A stretch of DNA of 64,000 nt from a virus (IMGVR_UViG_3300037400_003293:1206-65205); one strand, 5' to 3'; numbered from the stretch's first letter, positions 42,712-53,075 are shown. The notes: a model not told the origin generated them from the letters alone. Translations and numbers: made by a program.

Positions 42712-43664
42712 ATGTTGTTCTTACCACTGTTGATCATGATTCTTCGCTGATGCATCACGGTGTAAAAGGCATGAAGCGAGGTGTCCGCCTATACCAGTAC
42801 GAGGACGGAACTTATACGCCACTCGGCCGGATTCATTACGGAATTGGTAAAGGCCGTGAAAAAGGCGAACCTGAAAAATCCGATCGCCAGAAAGAAAAAG
42901 AGCTAAAGGCCAATATTTCCGATAAGATTAAACAATTTAGTGAGAATCGTAAGGCAAAAGCTGAAGCTCGTACCAAGGAAAAAGAAGCCGAACAGAAGCA
43001 ACGTGAGGATGCTCGAAAAGAAATTCGGAATCTGTCTGATCAGGAACTAAACACAAGACTTGCCAGGTTACAAAAGGAAAAGCAGTATTCCGAACTCCTG
43101 AACGAACGAGAGAACCGTGAAAAAGGTCCTGTTCGTGCCGCAGTTAGTAAACTCCTTAAAGAAGCTGCTGAAAACCTGGCAAGAAAGACACTAAATGAAG
43201 TCGTCGATCAAGTCATTCGTAGAGGCAAGAGCAAGATTCAGGAAAAAACAGCTATCAAACTCGGTGATTATAAAGACGTAGATCCTTATAGTCTTAGTCC
43301 TGATAAACTGAAGGCCGTCTCCGATGCATTTAATACAGCAGCAAATCTTATGCGCAACAAATATGCTGTCGAACACGAGGGCAGGAATCCAAACGACAAT
43401 AACAACCAAAATCAAAATAATCAGCAAAAGCAGAAAAACCAAAACGACAACCCACAGCCAAAACAACAAAACAACGACAAGCCTGCTTCAGATAATAAGT
43501 CAAAGAAACAAGACAAGAAACAAGACAAGAAAGAAAAACAGAAGAATAAGCAGCAGGATCGAGTGGAAGCCATGGCAAGGTCCGGAAAGACTTTCGAAGA
43601 GATCGCTAAATCTCTCCACATTTCCGAATCCATGGTCTACAAATATTTGGAAGACCTGGTGTGA
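42708..43664 (+). CDS. HHGxKGMK-motif protein 1
   Basis: LMHHGVKGMKRGVRLYQYEDGTYT; charged and Q/N/K low-complexity body; C-terminal HTH-like GKTFEEIAKSLHISESMVYKYL. Confidence 0.75.
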   Translation: MNVVLTTVDHDSSLMHHGVKGMKRGVRLYQYEDGTYTPLGRIHYGIGKGREKGEPEKSDRQKEKELKANISDKIKQFSENRKAKAEARTKEKEAEQKQREDARKEIRNLSDQELNTRLARLQKEKQYSELLNERENREKGPVRAAVSKLLKEAAENLARKTLNEVVDQVIRRGKSKIQEKTAIKLGDYKDVDPYSLSPDKLKAVSDAFNTAANLMRNKYAVEHEGRNPNDNNNQNQNNQQKQKNQNDNPQPKQQNNDKPASDNKSKKQDKKQDKKEKQKNKQQDRVEAMARSGKTFEEIAKSLHISESMVYKYLEDLV

Positions 43665-43669
43665 CATAG

Positions 43670-45409
43670 ATGATCTCTAACACAGCCGTACCAAAGTATT
43701 ATGGCGAATTTCGCGCAAAAGTTCTGGCTGGACTCATTCCTGTCTGCGAAACAATAGAAATGCAAATGCACCGGATTGACGACATGATTGCCAATCCGGA
43801 ATTTTATTACGACGATCAAGCCATTGATGGGTTCATCGCATTCTGTGAAGAAGAGATGACTTTGACCGATGGCGGCGATCTTAAGCTACTTGAGACCTTC
43901 AAGCTCTGGGCGGAGTCCATCTTTGCCTGGTTTAGGTACGAGGAGCAGCAGATCCCGGTCCCAAATCCAGACGGAAGCGTTTGGATGAAGACCAAGTATG
44001 TGAAGAAACGGGTCGTCAATGAACTGTATCTGATCATTCCACGAAGCGCGGCCAAGACACTATTCGCCACGTTGATCCAGGCCTATTTCCTGGTCATCGA
44101 CACGACCACTACTCACCAGATTGCCGTCGCCTATACGACCGATCAGGCCGACGAGACCCTCGCGCCTTTCCGTACAGCCATTACGCGCAGTAAAGGCCCG
44201 CTGTTTAAGTTCCTGACAGAAGGTAACCTGCACAACACAACAGGCAGCACAGCCAACCGTCCGAAACTGTATTCCAGCAAGCGCGGAATCGAGATGTCTC
44301 TGACGAACAGTTACATCGAAACGGTACCCATGAGAGTGGACCGTCTACAGTCCGTCCGAACCAAGGTCATTACCATTGACGAATGGTTGAGCTGCGATGT
44401 ACGAGACAATGTATTTCAGGCCTGTCGACAGAGCTGTGCTAAAACTCCGGACTATTTGATCGTTGCTATCAGCTCCGAAGGAACCATCCGAAATGCAATC
44501 GGAGACGATGTCAAAATGGACCTGTTGAAGGTTCTACGCGGCGAGATTTATGCCCCATGGCAAGCCATCTGGTATTACAAGCTGGATGACATTCGTGAGG
44601 TAAATCATCCGGAACTGTGGCTGAAAGCAAATCCGAATTTAAACTACACCGTTACCTACGAGACCTACCAACGGGACGTTGAACTGGCAGAAAAGTCACC
44701 ATCGGCTCGAAATGATATTCTGGCTAAACGGTTTAACCTGCCGATGGAAGGCTCTACCTATTTCTTCACCTACAATGAAACACTTCCTCACGCTCCGCAC
44801 CAATACTGGCAAATGCCATGTGCTATGGGCTGCGACTTAAGTCAGGGGGATGACTTCTGCGCGTTTACGTTCATGTTCCCATTGCGAGACGGGACGTTTG
44901 GAATTAAAACCAGGAACTACATCAGTCAACTGACATTTGATAAGTTGACACCTTCCATGCACATAAAATACCAGGAATTCATCAACGAGGACAGTCTATG
45001 TGTTATGGATGGGACGGTTCTCGATATGATGGCCGTATACGACGATCTCGACAGGTTCATCATCGAGCATGAATACGACGTCCGTTGTATGGGATTTGAC
45101 CCGTATAACGCCAAGGACTTCGTAGCAAGATGGGAGAGCGAAAACGGGCCGTTCGGCATTGAGAAGGTTATTCAGGGTTCTCGTACAGAATCGGTTCCGT
45201 TGGGCGAGTTGAAGAAACTGTCCGAAGAGCGAATGTTGATCTTTGACGAGAAGCTGATGATGTTCGCTATGGGCAACTGTATGACTGTAGAGGACAATAA
45301 TGGCAACCGGAAACTGCTGAAGAAGCGGGCCGATCAGAAGATTGACGCCGTTGCAGCTATGATGGATGCCTACATTGCGTACAAACTGAATCGCGATGCA
45401 TTCGAATAA
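43670..45409 (+). CDS. terL: Terminase large subunit
   Basis: Walker A-like PRSAAKT, Walker B TIDEW, coupling ISSEG, and nuclease MGCDLS ... KIDAVAAMMDA. Confidence 0.9.
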   Translation: MISNTAVPKYYGEFRAKVLAGLIPVCETIEMQMHRIDDMIANPEFYYDDQAIDGFIAFCEEEMTLTDGGDLKLLETFKLWAESIFAWFRYEEQQIPVPNPDGSVWMKTKYVKKRVVNELYLIIPRSAAKTLFATLIQAYFLVIDTTTTHQIAVAYTTDQADETLAPFRTAITRSKGPLFKFLTEGNLHNTTGSTANRPKLYSSKRGIEMSLTNSYIETVPMRVDRLQSVRTKVITIDEWLSCDVRDNVFQACRQSCAKTPDYLIVAISSEGTIRNAIGDDVKMDLLKVLRGEIYAPWQAIWYYKLDDIREVNHPELWLKANPNLNYTVTYETYQRDVELAEKSPSARNDILAKRFNLPMEGSTYFFTYNETLPHAPHQYWQMPCAMGCDLSQGDDFCAFTFMFPLRDGTFGIKTRNYISQLTFDKLTPSMHIKYQEFINEDSLCVMDGTVLDMMAVYDDLDRFIIEHEYDVRCMGFDPYNAKDFVARWESENGPFGIEKVIQGSRTESVPLGELKKLSEERMLIFDEKLMMFAMGNCMTVEDNNGNRKLLKKRADQKIDAVAAMMDAYIAYKLNRDAFE

Positions 45410-45426
45410 TTAGCGAGGTACTTATT

Positions 45427-46131
45427 ATGGACATCGTTTTATGTACTCGGGAAGAGGCCGAGAATTACTTAGCTCATTACGGCGTTCCGGGCATGAAACG
45501 AAATGTCCGCCGCTGGCAGAATGAGGACGGCACCTATACCAATGCTGGCAAGATCCATTACGGAATTGGCGACGGCAGACAGGCCGCTGCTAAACAGGAA
45601 CCGAAGCGTAAGTTTACTTTTGGTGCAACTTCGAAACCATCATCTTCTGGGAATGGTCAGCGGAAGTTTACTTTTAGTTCCGGGAATCAGGCGTCGCCAC
45701 AGCCAGCAACACGCAGCAATCAAAATGGACGGAATTTTTCTGCGCAAGGGCGAAAAGTCAATGTGACCGGAGTTGCTAAGCAGGCGACCATTGGCCAAGG
45801 CTATTCTACAAACGGTCCTGTTTCTGGGCAAGAGAACGATAGCGTGCAGTATGAAGCTTATCGTAATTTTCTTTCTGGTTTTTTGCCTGTTGCATTTAAA
45901 GAATTGGAAAAAGGAACAGACTTTTCTGTGTATGCTTCTCCGGTAGATAGCATTCCTGGCAAATTGGCAAAGGAGTATCTTGCCCGATCCGGCCTTCTGC
46001 CACAAGAGATCCTCGACGTTTTCGATGATAATATGTACCAGTTCTTTTATAAACGTTGGATGTCAAATCCAAATTCCAAATTCTCAAAGTTTGTCAACGA
46101 GACGATGGCCAAAAACAATAAATCCAAATAG
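45427..46131 (+). CDS. HYGxxGMK-motif protein 2
   Basis: YLAHYGVPGMKRNVRRWQNEDGTYT. Confidence 0.75.
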   Translation: MDIVLCTREEAENYLAHYGVPGMKRNVRRWQNEDGTYTNAGKIHYGIGDGRQAAAKQEPKRKFTFGATSKPSSSGNGQRKFTFSSGNQASPQPATRSNQNGRNFSAQGRKVNVTGVAKQATIGQGYSTNGPVSGQENDSVQYEAYRNFLSGFLPVAFKELEKGTDFSVYASPVDSIPGKLAKEYLARSGLLPQEILDVFDDNMYQFFYKRWMSNPNSKFSKFVNETMAKNNKSK

Positions 46132-46144
46132 TCGGAGGTAAGCT

Positions 46145-47380
46145 ATGGAAATTATTTTGTGCGCAAAAGAGACCGCCGATGACTATTTGATGCATCATGG
46201 CGTAAAAGGCATGAAACGTGGCGTTCTGCGTTGGCAGAATAAAGACGGAAGCTTAACTCCAGAAGGGTATAAGCATTATGCTGAAATGTATGGCTGGGGC
46301 AAGAAGCTGAAGAAGGCGGAACGTCTTCAGAACAAGGCCGATAAGGCGGCCGATAAAGCTGAAAAAGCTTCGCGAAAGGCGGACGACGATTATGTCAAGT
46401 CTTACAAAGCTGAACGTAAGAACGAAAGGTGGAGCACAGAACGTCGTCAGGAAAAGGCCGATCGCGCTAAGGAACTTGCTGGCGAAAGCAAAGCTAAGTC
46501 CGATCTGCTGTCTGTAAAAGCCCGACAAGCTCAGAAAAAGGCTTCCGATTATGCTGACAAGCTTCAGCGTAAAGAGGATAAACTGTCTAAGTTTATGAAT
46601 GAAGATGGTTCTCTGAACGACGAAGCTCTCCGGAAGTACACCTACACCACTGGTGTGCCAGGCGAAAGAAAGATGTCGCTTGTCGGTAGAATGATCTTTG
46701 GTAGAGAATACTCTAATAAATTCAACAAAGACCATACCATGTCTAAAGAAGATGTTAAGGCATGGGAAGAAGCCGAACGGAAGAAATTTGATGAAGAATC
46801 CGAAGATAGACGTAGAAAGGTTAAAGAACTGGATGACGTGCATAATGAGATCATGAGCGGATTCGACGATCGTTCTGATGACGACAAAAAGAAGCTTGGC
46901 GATCGTGTATTAAAGATACTAGATGATACCGGTAATGGTAAATTTGATTTTGGAAATGAAAGCGGCACCGATGCCACCAATTGGCGGGGAATACGGACTT
47001 GGCTAACAGATCGTGTATTTGAAAAATCTGGCGAAATAGATTCTGGTTATTATATACCAGGAACAAATGCATCCAAAGCACGTGATCCTATTAACAAAGC
47101 CATTGACAATCTTGACAAACGCCGTAACGAAATGAAGAAAGAAATTGGCTATGTAAGATACGGACCGGACGATTATAAAGAATGGCGTAGAGAAGAAAAG
47201 AGATTGTATTCCGCCCTGCACAAAGATTCTACATGGAAACGCCTCTTACAAGAAAGAGACGAGGCATATAACAAATATGAGTTTAGTAAGTCTTTGTTTG
47301 GAGCGGTTTTAAAAGATATTGGGTTTAATGACACGCCAGAAAATAGAAGAATACTTAGTCTTTATGGCTGGTACGAATAA
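46145..47380 (+). CDS. HHGxKGMK-motif protein 3
   Basis: YLMHHGVKGMKRGVLRWQNKDGSLT; highly charged. Confidence 0.75.
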   Translation: MEIILCAKETADDYLMHHGVKGMKRGVLRWQNKDGSLTPEGYKHYAEMYGWGKKLKKAERLQNKADKAADKAEKASRKADDDYVKSYKAERKNERWSTERRQEKADRAKELAGESKAKSDLLSVKARQAQKKASDYADKLQRKEDKLSKFMNEDGSLNDEALRKYTYTTGVPGERKMSLVGRMIFGREYSNKFNKDHTMSKEDVKAWEEAERKKFDEESEDRRRKVKELDDVHNEIMSGFDDRSDDDKKKLGDRVLKILDDTGNGKFDFGNESGTDATNWRGIRTWLTDRVFEKSGEIDSGYYIPGTNASKARDPINKAIDNLDKRRNEMKKEIGYVRYGPDDYKEWRREEKRLYSALHKDSTWKRLLQERDEAYNKYEFSKSLFGAVLKDIGFNDTPENRRILSLYGWYE

Positions 47381-47402
47381 ATAAATCCGGAGGGACCAGA
47401 AT

Positions 47403-48662
47403 ATGGGACTGTTAAGCCGATTCCGGAATGCCTGGAATGTATTTAAGAATAAGGACCCGACGTTGTCTATTGATACGGGTCCTGGATACTGGGCCCGGCC
47501 GGATCGGATGCGATTCAGCCGGGGAAATGAACGAAGTATTATTACAGCGGTATTCAACCGGATTGCTATGGATGTCGCCGCAATTCCAATTCAGCATGTC
47601 CGCACAGATGAAAACGGCCGGTACAAAGAGACGATCCAGAGTCATATCAACAATTGTTTGACGCTGGAGGCAAATCTCGACCAAACCGGCCGTGCTTTTA
47701 TTCAGGATGCGGTTCAAAGCATGTTCGATGAGGGCTGTGTGGCCCTGGTACCAATTGACTCGGATGATGAGCCAAAAGACTCCGGTAACTTCCCGGTATA
47801 TACGATCCGAACTGGACGTATTGTTGAGTGGTTCCCTGAGTATATTAAGGTGAATGTCTATAACGAACTGACAGGGAAACGGGAAGACATTAAGGTACTT
47901 AAATCTACGACAGCGATTATTGAGAATCCGATGTACTCTGTGATGAATGAGCCAAGTTCCACCATGCAAAGGCTGGCAAGGAAGTTGGCTCTTTTGGACG
48001 TGGTGGATGAACAGGCTTCGAGCGGTCGTTTGGATATGATCATCCAGCTCCCGTACGTCATCAAGACACCGGCACGGCGTGAACAAGCTGAGATCCGCCG
48101 TAAGGATATTGAGCGCCAGCTGGCGGAAGGCAAGTACGGTATCGCCTATACTGATGGCACCGAGCGTATCACACAGCTGAACCGTCCGGTGGAAAACAAC
48201 CTGATGAAGCAGATCGAGTACCTTACCAATCTTCTGTTCAGCCAGGTTGGCGTGACTCAGGCAATTCTCGATGGATCTGCGGATGAACAGGCCATGATGA
48301 ATTACACCAACCGGATTCTGGAGCCGATCCTGAGTGCTTTCGTGGATGAAATGAAGCGGAAGTTCCTGACCAACACCGCCAGGACACAGCATCAAACCTT
48401 TATGTATTTCCGTGAGCCGTTCCGTCTCATTTCCAGCAGCGACATTGCAGAGATCGCGGATAAGTTTACCAGAAACGAGATCATGACGTCCAATGAAATT
48501 CGTCAGATTATCGGCATGAAGCCCAGCGATGATCCGAGCGCCGATGAACTTCGGAACAAGAACCTGAGCGCTCCTGCCGGCAGTCAACCGGGCGCTGGTC
48601 CGACAGAGGCCGGGCCAGGACTGTCTCCGGAACTTGAAGCATTGCTCGATCAAGGGGGATAA
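47403..48662 (+). CDS. Portal protein
   Basis: HK97-like portal layout; C-terminal IMTSNEIRQIIGM; lies between terL and the protease. Confidence 0.9.
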   Translation: MGLLSRFRNAWNVFKNKDPTLSIDTGPGYWARPDRMRFSRGNERSIITAVFNRIAMDVAAIPIQHVRTDENGRYKETIQSHINNCLTLEANLDQTGRAFIQDAVQSMFDEGCVALVPIDSDDEPKDSGNFPVYTIRTGRIVEWFPEYIKVNVYNELTGKREDIKVLKSTTAIIENPMYSVMNEPSSTMQRLARKLALLDVVDEQASSGRLDMIIQLPYVIKTPARREQAEIRRKDIERQLAEGKYGIAYTDGTERITQLNRPVENNLMKQIEYLTNLLFSQVGVTQAILDGSADEQAMMNYTNRILEPILSAFVDEMKRKFLTNTARTQHQTFMYFREPFRLISSSDIAEIADKFTRNEIMTSNEIRQIIGMKPSDDPSADELRNKNLSAPAGSQPGAGPTEAGPGLSPELEALLDQGG

Positions 48663-48667
48663 GGAAA

Positions 48668-50572
48668 ATGACCTATGATTTTTGCGGGTACGCGACCAGG
48701 AATAATGTGAAATGTTCCGATGGCCGCGTGATCCTGAAAGACGCTTTCCGTGACGACGACGGAAAGAAAGTCCCATTGGTGTGGAATCACCAGCACAACA
48801 GCCCGGATACTGTTCTCGGGCACGCCATCCTGGAAAACCGTGATGATGGCGTTTATGCGTATGCCACTTTCAACGACACGGATTCCGGCCAGCGTGCTAA
48901 AGAGCTCGTTCGTCACGGTGACGTCAATGCGCTGAGCATCTACGCAAATAAGCTGCGTGAGACCGCCGGCCGTGTCATGCATGGGGTGATTCGGGAAGTT
49001 AGCCTGGTATATGCCGGGGCGAATCCTGAAGCATATATTGACTCTTTTGTCGCCCACAGCGACGGCGATGTGACTGAAGACCGGTCCCAGGGCTGGTTCT
49101 ATTCCGGTATGGAAGGTGAGCTGTACCATGCGGAGTCCGAAGATACACAGGACGAGGAACAGGATGAAGCGGCTGCCGAACCCGAGGAAGAGCTGACCCA
49201 CGCCGACGAGGACGAAGGAAAAGGCGAAGGCGACGGAGAGAATAAAGGCGACTCCGGAGAGGACGATTCCGACGAGGGCGTTGATGCGATCCTCGAGACG
49301 TTCACGGACAAGCAGAAAGCAGTAGTAATGGCCATGGTCGACAGTATTCTGGAGCAGGCCGAGAAGAACAAATCCGAAGACAATCAAAATGAGGAGGAAT
49401 CCGACATGAAACATAATGCTTTTGACCAGGAATTGGTCGAGCAGGGTAGCACCCTTTCCCACAGCGACGAGGTCAAGATTCTTGAAATGGCCAAGTCTTC
49501 CAGCATCGGCACTCTGAAGGGTGCTATGAAGGCGTTTGTTGAAGACGCTGAGCTGGCCCACGGCTTCGATAGCCAGAGCCTGACTCTGCTGTTCCCTGAA
49601 CATAAAGACCTGAAGACCGGCGCGCCTGAGATGCTGACGGATGACCAGGGCTGGATCACCAAGGTCCTGAACAAGGTCTCTAAGAGCCCTCTGACCCACG
49701 TCCGTGTCCGCTTTACCGATATCCGTCAGATCGAAGAAGCGAACCGTGCCAAGGGTTATAAGCAGAAGGGCACCCAGAAAGCCCTGACCGGTGACATCAG
49801 CGTGGTCTATCGCGTCACCGATCCCCAGACCATCTACATCCGCAGTGACCTGCCCAGGGACGATGTCCTTGACATTCAGGACTTCGACTACGTGCAGTAC
49901 ATGTACAACATCGACCGTATGAACCTCAACGAGGAACTGGCTACCGCGATCATGCTGGGCGACGGCCGTGCTGTTGGCGATCAGTACAAGATCAAGGAAG
50001 ACAAAATCATCCCTGTCTGGACGGACAACGAGCTGTTCACCATTCACCGTAAGGTGGACTTCGCCGCTATGAAGGCCTCCCTGCAGGGCACCAACACCAA
50101 TCAGTATTTCGGCGACAACTTCGTCTATGCTGAAGGCTTCGTGCAGGAGCTCCTGTATGGCCGTGAGGACGCCAAGAATGTCGGTCAGGCTGACCTGTAC
50201 ATCACGCCCCACATGCTTAACGTTATGCTGCTGGCCCGTGATCGCAACGGCCGTCGTATTTACGGCACCGTCAGCGAGCTGCAGAGCGCTCTGAACGTCG
50301 CTTCCATCACCACCGCTGAACAGTTCGAAGGTAAGATCCGTACGGATGCCACCACTGGCAAGAAGTACAAGCTGCTGGCGATGCTGTACAACCTGAAGAA
50401 CTATCAGTTGGGTGCCGCCAAGGGTGGCGAAATCACTCATTTCACTGATTTCGACATCAACTTCAACACTCTGCAGAGCCTGTTGGAGACCCGTACTTCC
50501 GGTATGAACACCCGCCCGCTGAGCGCGCTGGTTCTGGAAGAAGAAGTGGTCGAAGAACCCGAGAATCCCTGA
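48668..50572 (+). CDS. Prohead protease - major capsid fusion
   Basis: N-terminal protease (VPLVWNHQH, LSIYA, EVSLVYAGANP), acidic linker, then the capsid domain from MKHNAF (in-frame RBS at 49391-49397). Confidence 0.85.
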   Translation: MTYDFCGYATRNNVKCSDGRVILKDAFRDDDGKKVPLVWNHQHNSPDTVLGHAILENRDDGVYAYATFNDTDSGQRAKELVRHGDVNALSIYANKLRETAGRVMHGVIREVSLVYAGANPEAYIDSFVAHSDGDVTEDRSQGWFYSGMEGELYHAESEDTQDEEQDEAAAEPEEELTHADEDEGKGEGDGENKGDSGEDDSDEGVDAILETFTDKQKAVVMAMVDSILEQAEKNKSEDNQNEEESDMKHNAFDQELVEQGSTLSHSDEVKILEMAKSSSIGTLKGAMKAFVEDAELAHGFDSQSLTLLFPEHKDLKTGAPEMLTDDQGWITKVLNKVSKSPLTHVRVRFTDIRQIEEANRAKGYKQKGTQKALTGDISVVYRVTDPQTIYIRSDLPRDDVLDIQDFDYVQYMYNIDRMNLNEELATAIMLGDGRAVGDQYKIKEDKIIPVWTDNELFTIHRKVDFAAMKASLQGTNTNQYFGDNFVYAEGFVQELLYGREDAKNVGQADLYITPHMLNVMLLARDRNGRRIYGTVSELQSALNVASITTAEQFEGKIRTDATTGKKYKLLAMLYNLKNYQLGAAKGGEITHFTDFDINFNTLQSLLETRTSGMNTRPLSALVLEEEVVEEPENP

Positions 50573-50594
50573 TTAAATCAGGAGGAGATTCAAA

Positions 50595-50915
50595 ATGGCA
50601 AGATATAGCGGCGACATCGGCTTTATCGAAAATAAGCTGACTGCCCCCGGGAAGTGGAAGCCCCAGACGACAAAACGCCATTATTATGGGGACGTCAATC
50701 GTTCCATCCGTAAGCTGGAGGCTGGTCCTGGAGTGAACGACAACGTAGTGATCAACAATGAGATCAGCATCATTGCAGATCCCTACGCCACTGCCCATGT
50801 CTTTGCCATCCGGTTTGCCGAGTGGCAGGGGGTACAGTGGAAGGTAACCAATGCTGAGATTCTGTATCCCCGTATTGTTCTGACTCTGGGAGGGATTTAC
50901 CATGGGAACTCGTGA
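50595..50915 (+). CDS. Head closure / stopper-like protein
   Basis: Position after the capsid; W.V...E..YPR..L.LGG. Confidence 0.65.
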   Translation: MARYSGDIGFIENKLTAPGKWKPQTTKRHYYGDVNRSIRKLEAGPGVNDNVVINNEISIIADPYATAHVFAIRFAEWQGVQWKVTNAEILYPRIVLTLGGIYHGNS

Positions 50916-51207
50916 GGATTTGGATGCCTTGCTAACTGAGACCCTTGGCAGCGAATCCGTTTATTACCAGCCTCCCGAGAATTTACAGATGACCTATCCG
51001 TGCATCGTGTATTCTCAGGACAAGCCATATGTTCGACATGCCAACAATAAAACCTATCATCGGAGGAAGGCCTACAAGCTTCTCTACATCTCCTACGATT
51101 CAGACGAGGAAGTTGTCGATAAGCTGACAGGCCTTCCTTACTGTTCGATGGGCGAACCTTATACCGCAGACAACCTGTATCACTATCCGTACACTATATA
51201 CTTCTGA
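50902..51207 (+). CDS. Tail terminator-like protein
   Basis: VYYQPP...YPCIVY pattern. Confidence 0.65.
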   Translation: MGTREDLDALLTETLGSESVYYQPPENLQMTYPCIVYSQDKPYVRHANNKTYHRRKAYKLLYISYDSDEEVVDKLTGLPYCSMGEPYTADNLYHYPYTIYF

Positions 51208-51222
51208 TGAGGAGGAAACACC

Positions 51223-51873
51223 ATGAGCAAATTGACTTGGGACGGCATCGGCAAGAAAGAGTTTGAAGTCGGTGTAAGCCAGGGCGTTCTGTTCCTGTAT
51301 GACGATACGGCGAAGAAGTGGCTCGGCATTCCGTGGAATGGTCTGACCAACGTCACTGAATCCCCCGAAGGCGGCGACCCTGAAGAGTTCTACGCCGACA
51401 ACACGCTGTATGCCGTTCTTCGTGGTAACGAAACTTTCGGTGGCAGTATTGAAGGCTTCACCTATCCGCCCGAATTTGAAGCCTGCATCGGTCATGCCGA
51501 GCTGGGCAATGGCGTGTATATCGGTCAGCAGACCCGTAAGACCTTTGGTCTGGCCTATCGCAGTGAGGTCGGTAACGACACCAACCCCAACGCTGGCTAT
51601 AAGCTCCATCTGGTCTACAACTGTACCGCCAATGCTTCCGAGATGAGTCACGACACCACCGAGGATAGCCCGAACCTGGAGCCCATGAGCTTCGACTACA
51701 ACTCCACCCCGACTCCGGTTCCCGGCCACAAGCCCACCAGCTCTGTGACCATTGACAGCCGTACTGCTACTGACACGGTCCTGAAGAAGATCGAGGATGC
51801 TATCTACGGCACCGAAAATGCAGACGCCTATCTCCCGCTGCCAGAAGAGCTGATTTCTATGCTCACCACCTGA
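51223..51873 (+). CDS. Major tail protein
   Basis: LTWD...E.GV..GVL...WNGLT.V.ESPEGG...YADN...E.F..SIE.FTYP.EF (phi13/C2-like MTP). Confidence 0.9.
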   Translation: MSKLTWDGIGKKEFEVGVSQGVLFLYDDTAKKWLGIPWNGLTNVTESPEGGDPEEFYADNTLYAVLRGNETFGGSIEGFTYPPEFEACIGHAELGNGVYIGQQTRKTFGLAYRSEVGNDTNPNAGYKLHLVYNCTANASEMSHDTTEDSPNLEPMSFDYNSTPTPVPGHKPTSSVTIDSRTATDTVLKKIEDAIYGTENADAYLPLPEELISMLTT

Positions 51874-51989
51874 TCTGGGCAGCGAAATCCCATTCTCCAC
51901 TGAGCGATTGACGCCGATGGGATGACAGATACGGCCGGAACGAAAAGAGATAACGGCCGTGATCTTTTTAAGTGAAAGGAGCATTCAAA

Positions 51990-52454
51990 ATGATCAAGAA
52001 AACCCTCACCTATCTCGATTACGAGGGCGCGGAGCATACGAAGGATTTTTACTTCAGTATGAGCCAGACGGAATTTACCCTTCTGAACAACAAGATTCCC
52101 GGCGGGTTTGACACCTACCTCAAGCGGATCCAGGAAGATCACAACGAGGAAAAACTGATCGACCTGCTGACTACCTTCATCATCGAAGGCTATGGCGAAC
52201 GGACACCGGATGGCCTCGGCTTCATCAAGGAAGATATTCAAGGCCGCAAACTCGGTAAGCTGTTCGTCTGCACGGAGGCCTGTGATAATCTGATCACAGA
52301 ACTGTTTGAGAAAGAAAATAATATCGGCGCATTCATCATTGGAATGCTGCCCAAGTCCATCCAGGGCAAGGCTGAAGCCGAGTTCAAGAAGGTTGTGGAC
52401 GACGCTTCAAAAGATGGGGACAAGATCGTTTCCCTTCCGACCACAACCGAATAA
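51990..52454 (+). CDS. Tail assembly chaperone
   Basis: MIKKTLTYLDYEG...DFYF...; follows the MTP; RBS GTGAAAGGAG. Confidence 0.75.
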   Translation: MIKKTLTYLDYEGAEHTKDFYFSMSQTEFTLLNNKIPGGFDTYLKRIQEDHNEEKLIDLLTTFIIEGYGERTPDGLGFIKEDIQGRKLGKLFVCTEACDNLITELFEKENNIGAFIIGMLPKSIQGKAEAEFKKVVDDASKDGDKIVSLPTTTE

Positions 52455-52466
52455 TTCTGTTTTTAC

Positions 52467-52500
52467 GTCCCCGGCATAATATTTCCGGGGACTTTTTGTT
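52467..52500 (+). terminator. Intrinsic terminator
   Basis: GTCCCCGG/CCGGGGAC + TTTTTG. Confidence 0.7.
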
Positions 52501-52514
52501 TTTCGGAGGTATAT

Positions 52515-53060
52515 ATGCTTACGCTGACCATTCCAGACGGTGATTTCTGGGACGAGGCACACCAGCGATTCGTCATTGTTAAAGGCCAGGCCATTCAGGT
52601 GGAGCACAGTCTGATCTCTGTCAGCAAGTGGGAGGCCAAATGGAAGAAGGCATTTTTGAGCCAAGCCCCGAGAACAGGGGACGAGCTCGTCGACTACATC
52701 CGTTGCATGACTGTGACTCACGTAAGCGATCCGAATCTGTATCTCTGCATCACCGGAAGCCATATTGCGGAAGTACAGGCGTACATTGACGATCCGATGA
52801 GTGCGCTCCGGTTCCGCGGAGAGGCCAATAAGAAACCACAGGGTTATACCAAACCCAAAACTTCTGAGCAGATCTATGCCGCCATGGTATTGCTCGGCAT
52901 CCCGTTTGAGTGTGAGAAATGGCATTTAAACCGGCTGCTGACATTGATCCATGAGTGCGAACTGCTGAACAATGGCGGAAAGATGAGCCGAAAAGATTCC
53001 GCCAAAATGATGTCGCAGATGAATGCCGCCCGCAGGGCTAAATACCATACCCGAGGATAA
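52515..53060 (+). CDS. Second tail assembly chaperone-like protein
   Basis: EHSLISVSKWE.KW...IP.ECEKWHLNRLLTLI. Confidence 0.7.
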   Translation: MLTLTIPDGDFWDEAHQRFVIVKGQAIQVEHSLISVSKWEAKWKKAFLSQAPRTGDELVDYIRCMTVTHVSDPNLYLCITGSHIAEVQAYIDDPMSALRFRGEANKKPQGYTKPKTSEQIYAAMVLLGIPFECEKWHLNRLLTLIHECELLNNGGKMSRKDSAKMMSQMNAARRAKYHTRG

Positions 53061-53075
53061 GGAGGCGATTTCTGG

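Noticed and set aside
48650-50440. 596-aa minus-strand ORF (and similar long antisense ORFs at 22266-23765, 27055-28383, 31965-33170, 47412-48776, 37926-38942 and 10760-11845)
   Set aside because: They lie exactly antisense to well-supported + strand genes with biased codon usage, and show no RBS or recognisable motifs. They are shadow ORFs.
51990-53060. Programmed -1 frameshift between the tail chaperones
   Set aside because: The two ORFs are separated by a stop, a terminator hairpin and an independent RBS, and no overlap or slippery site was noticed.
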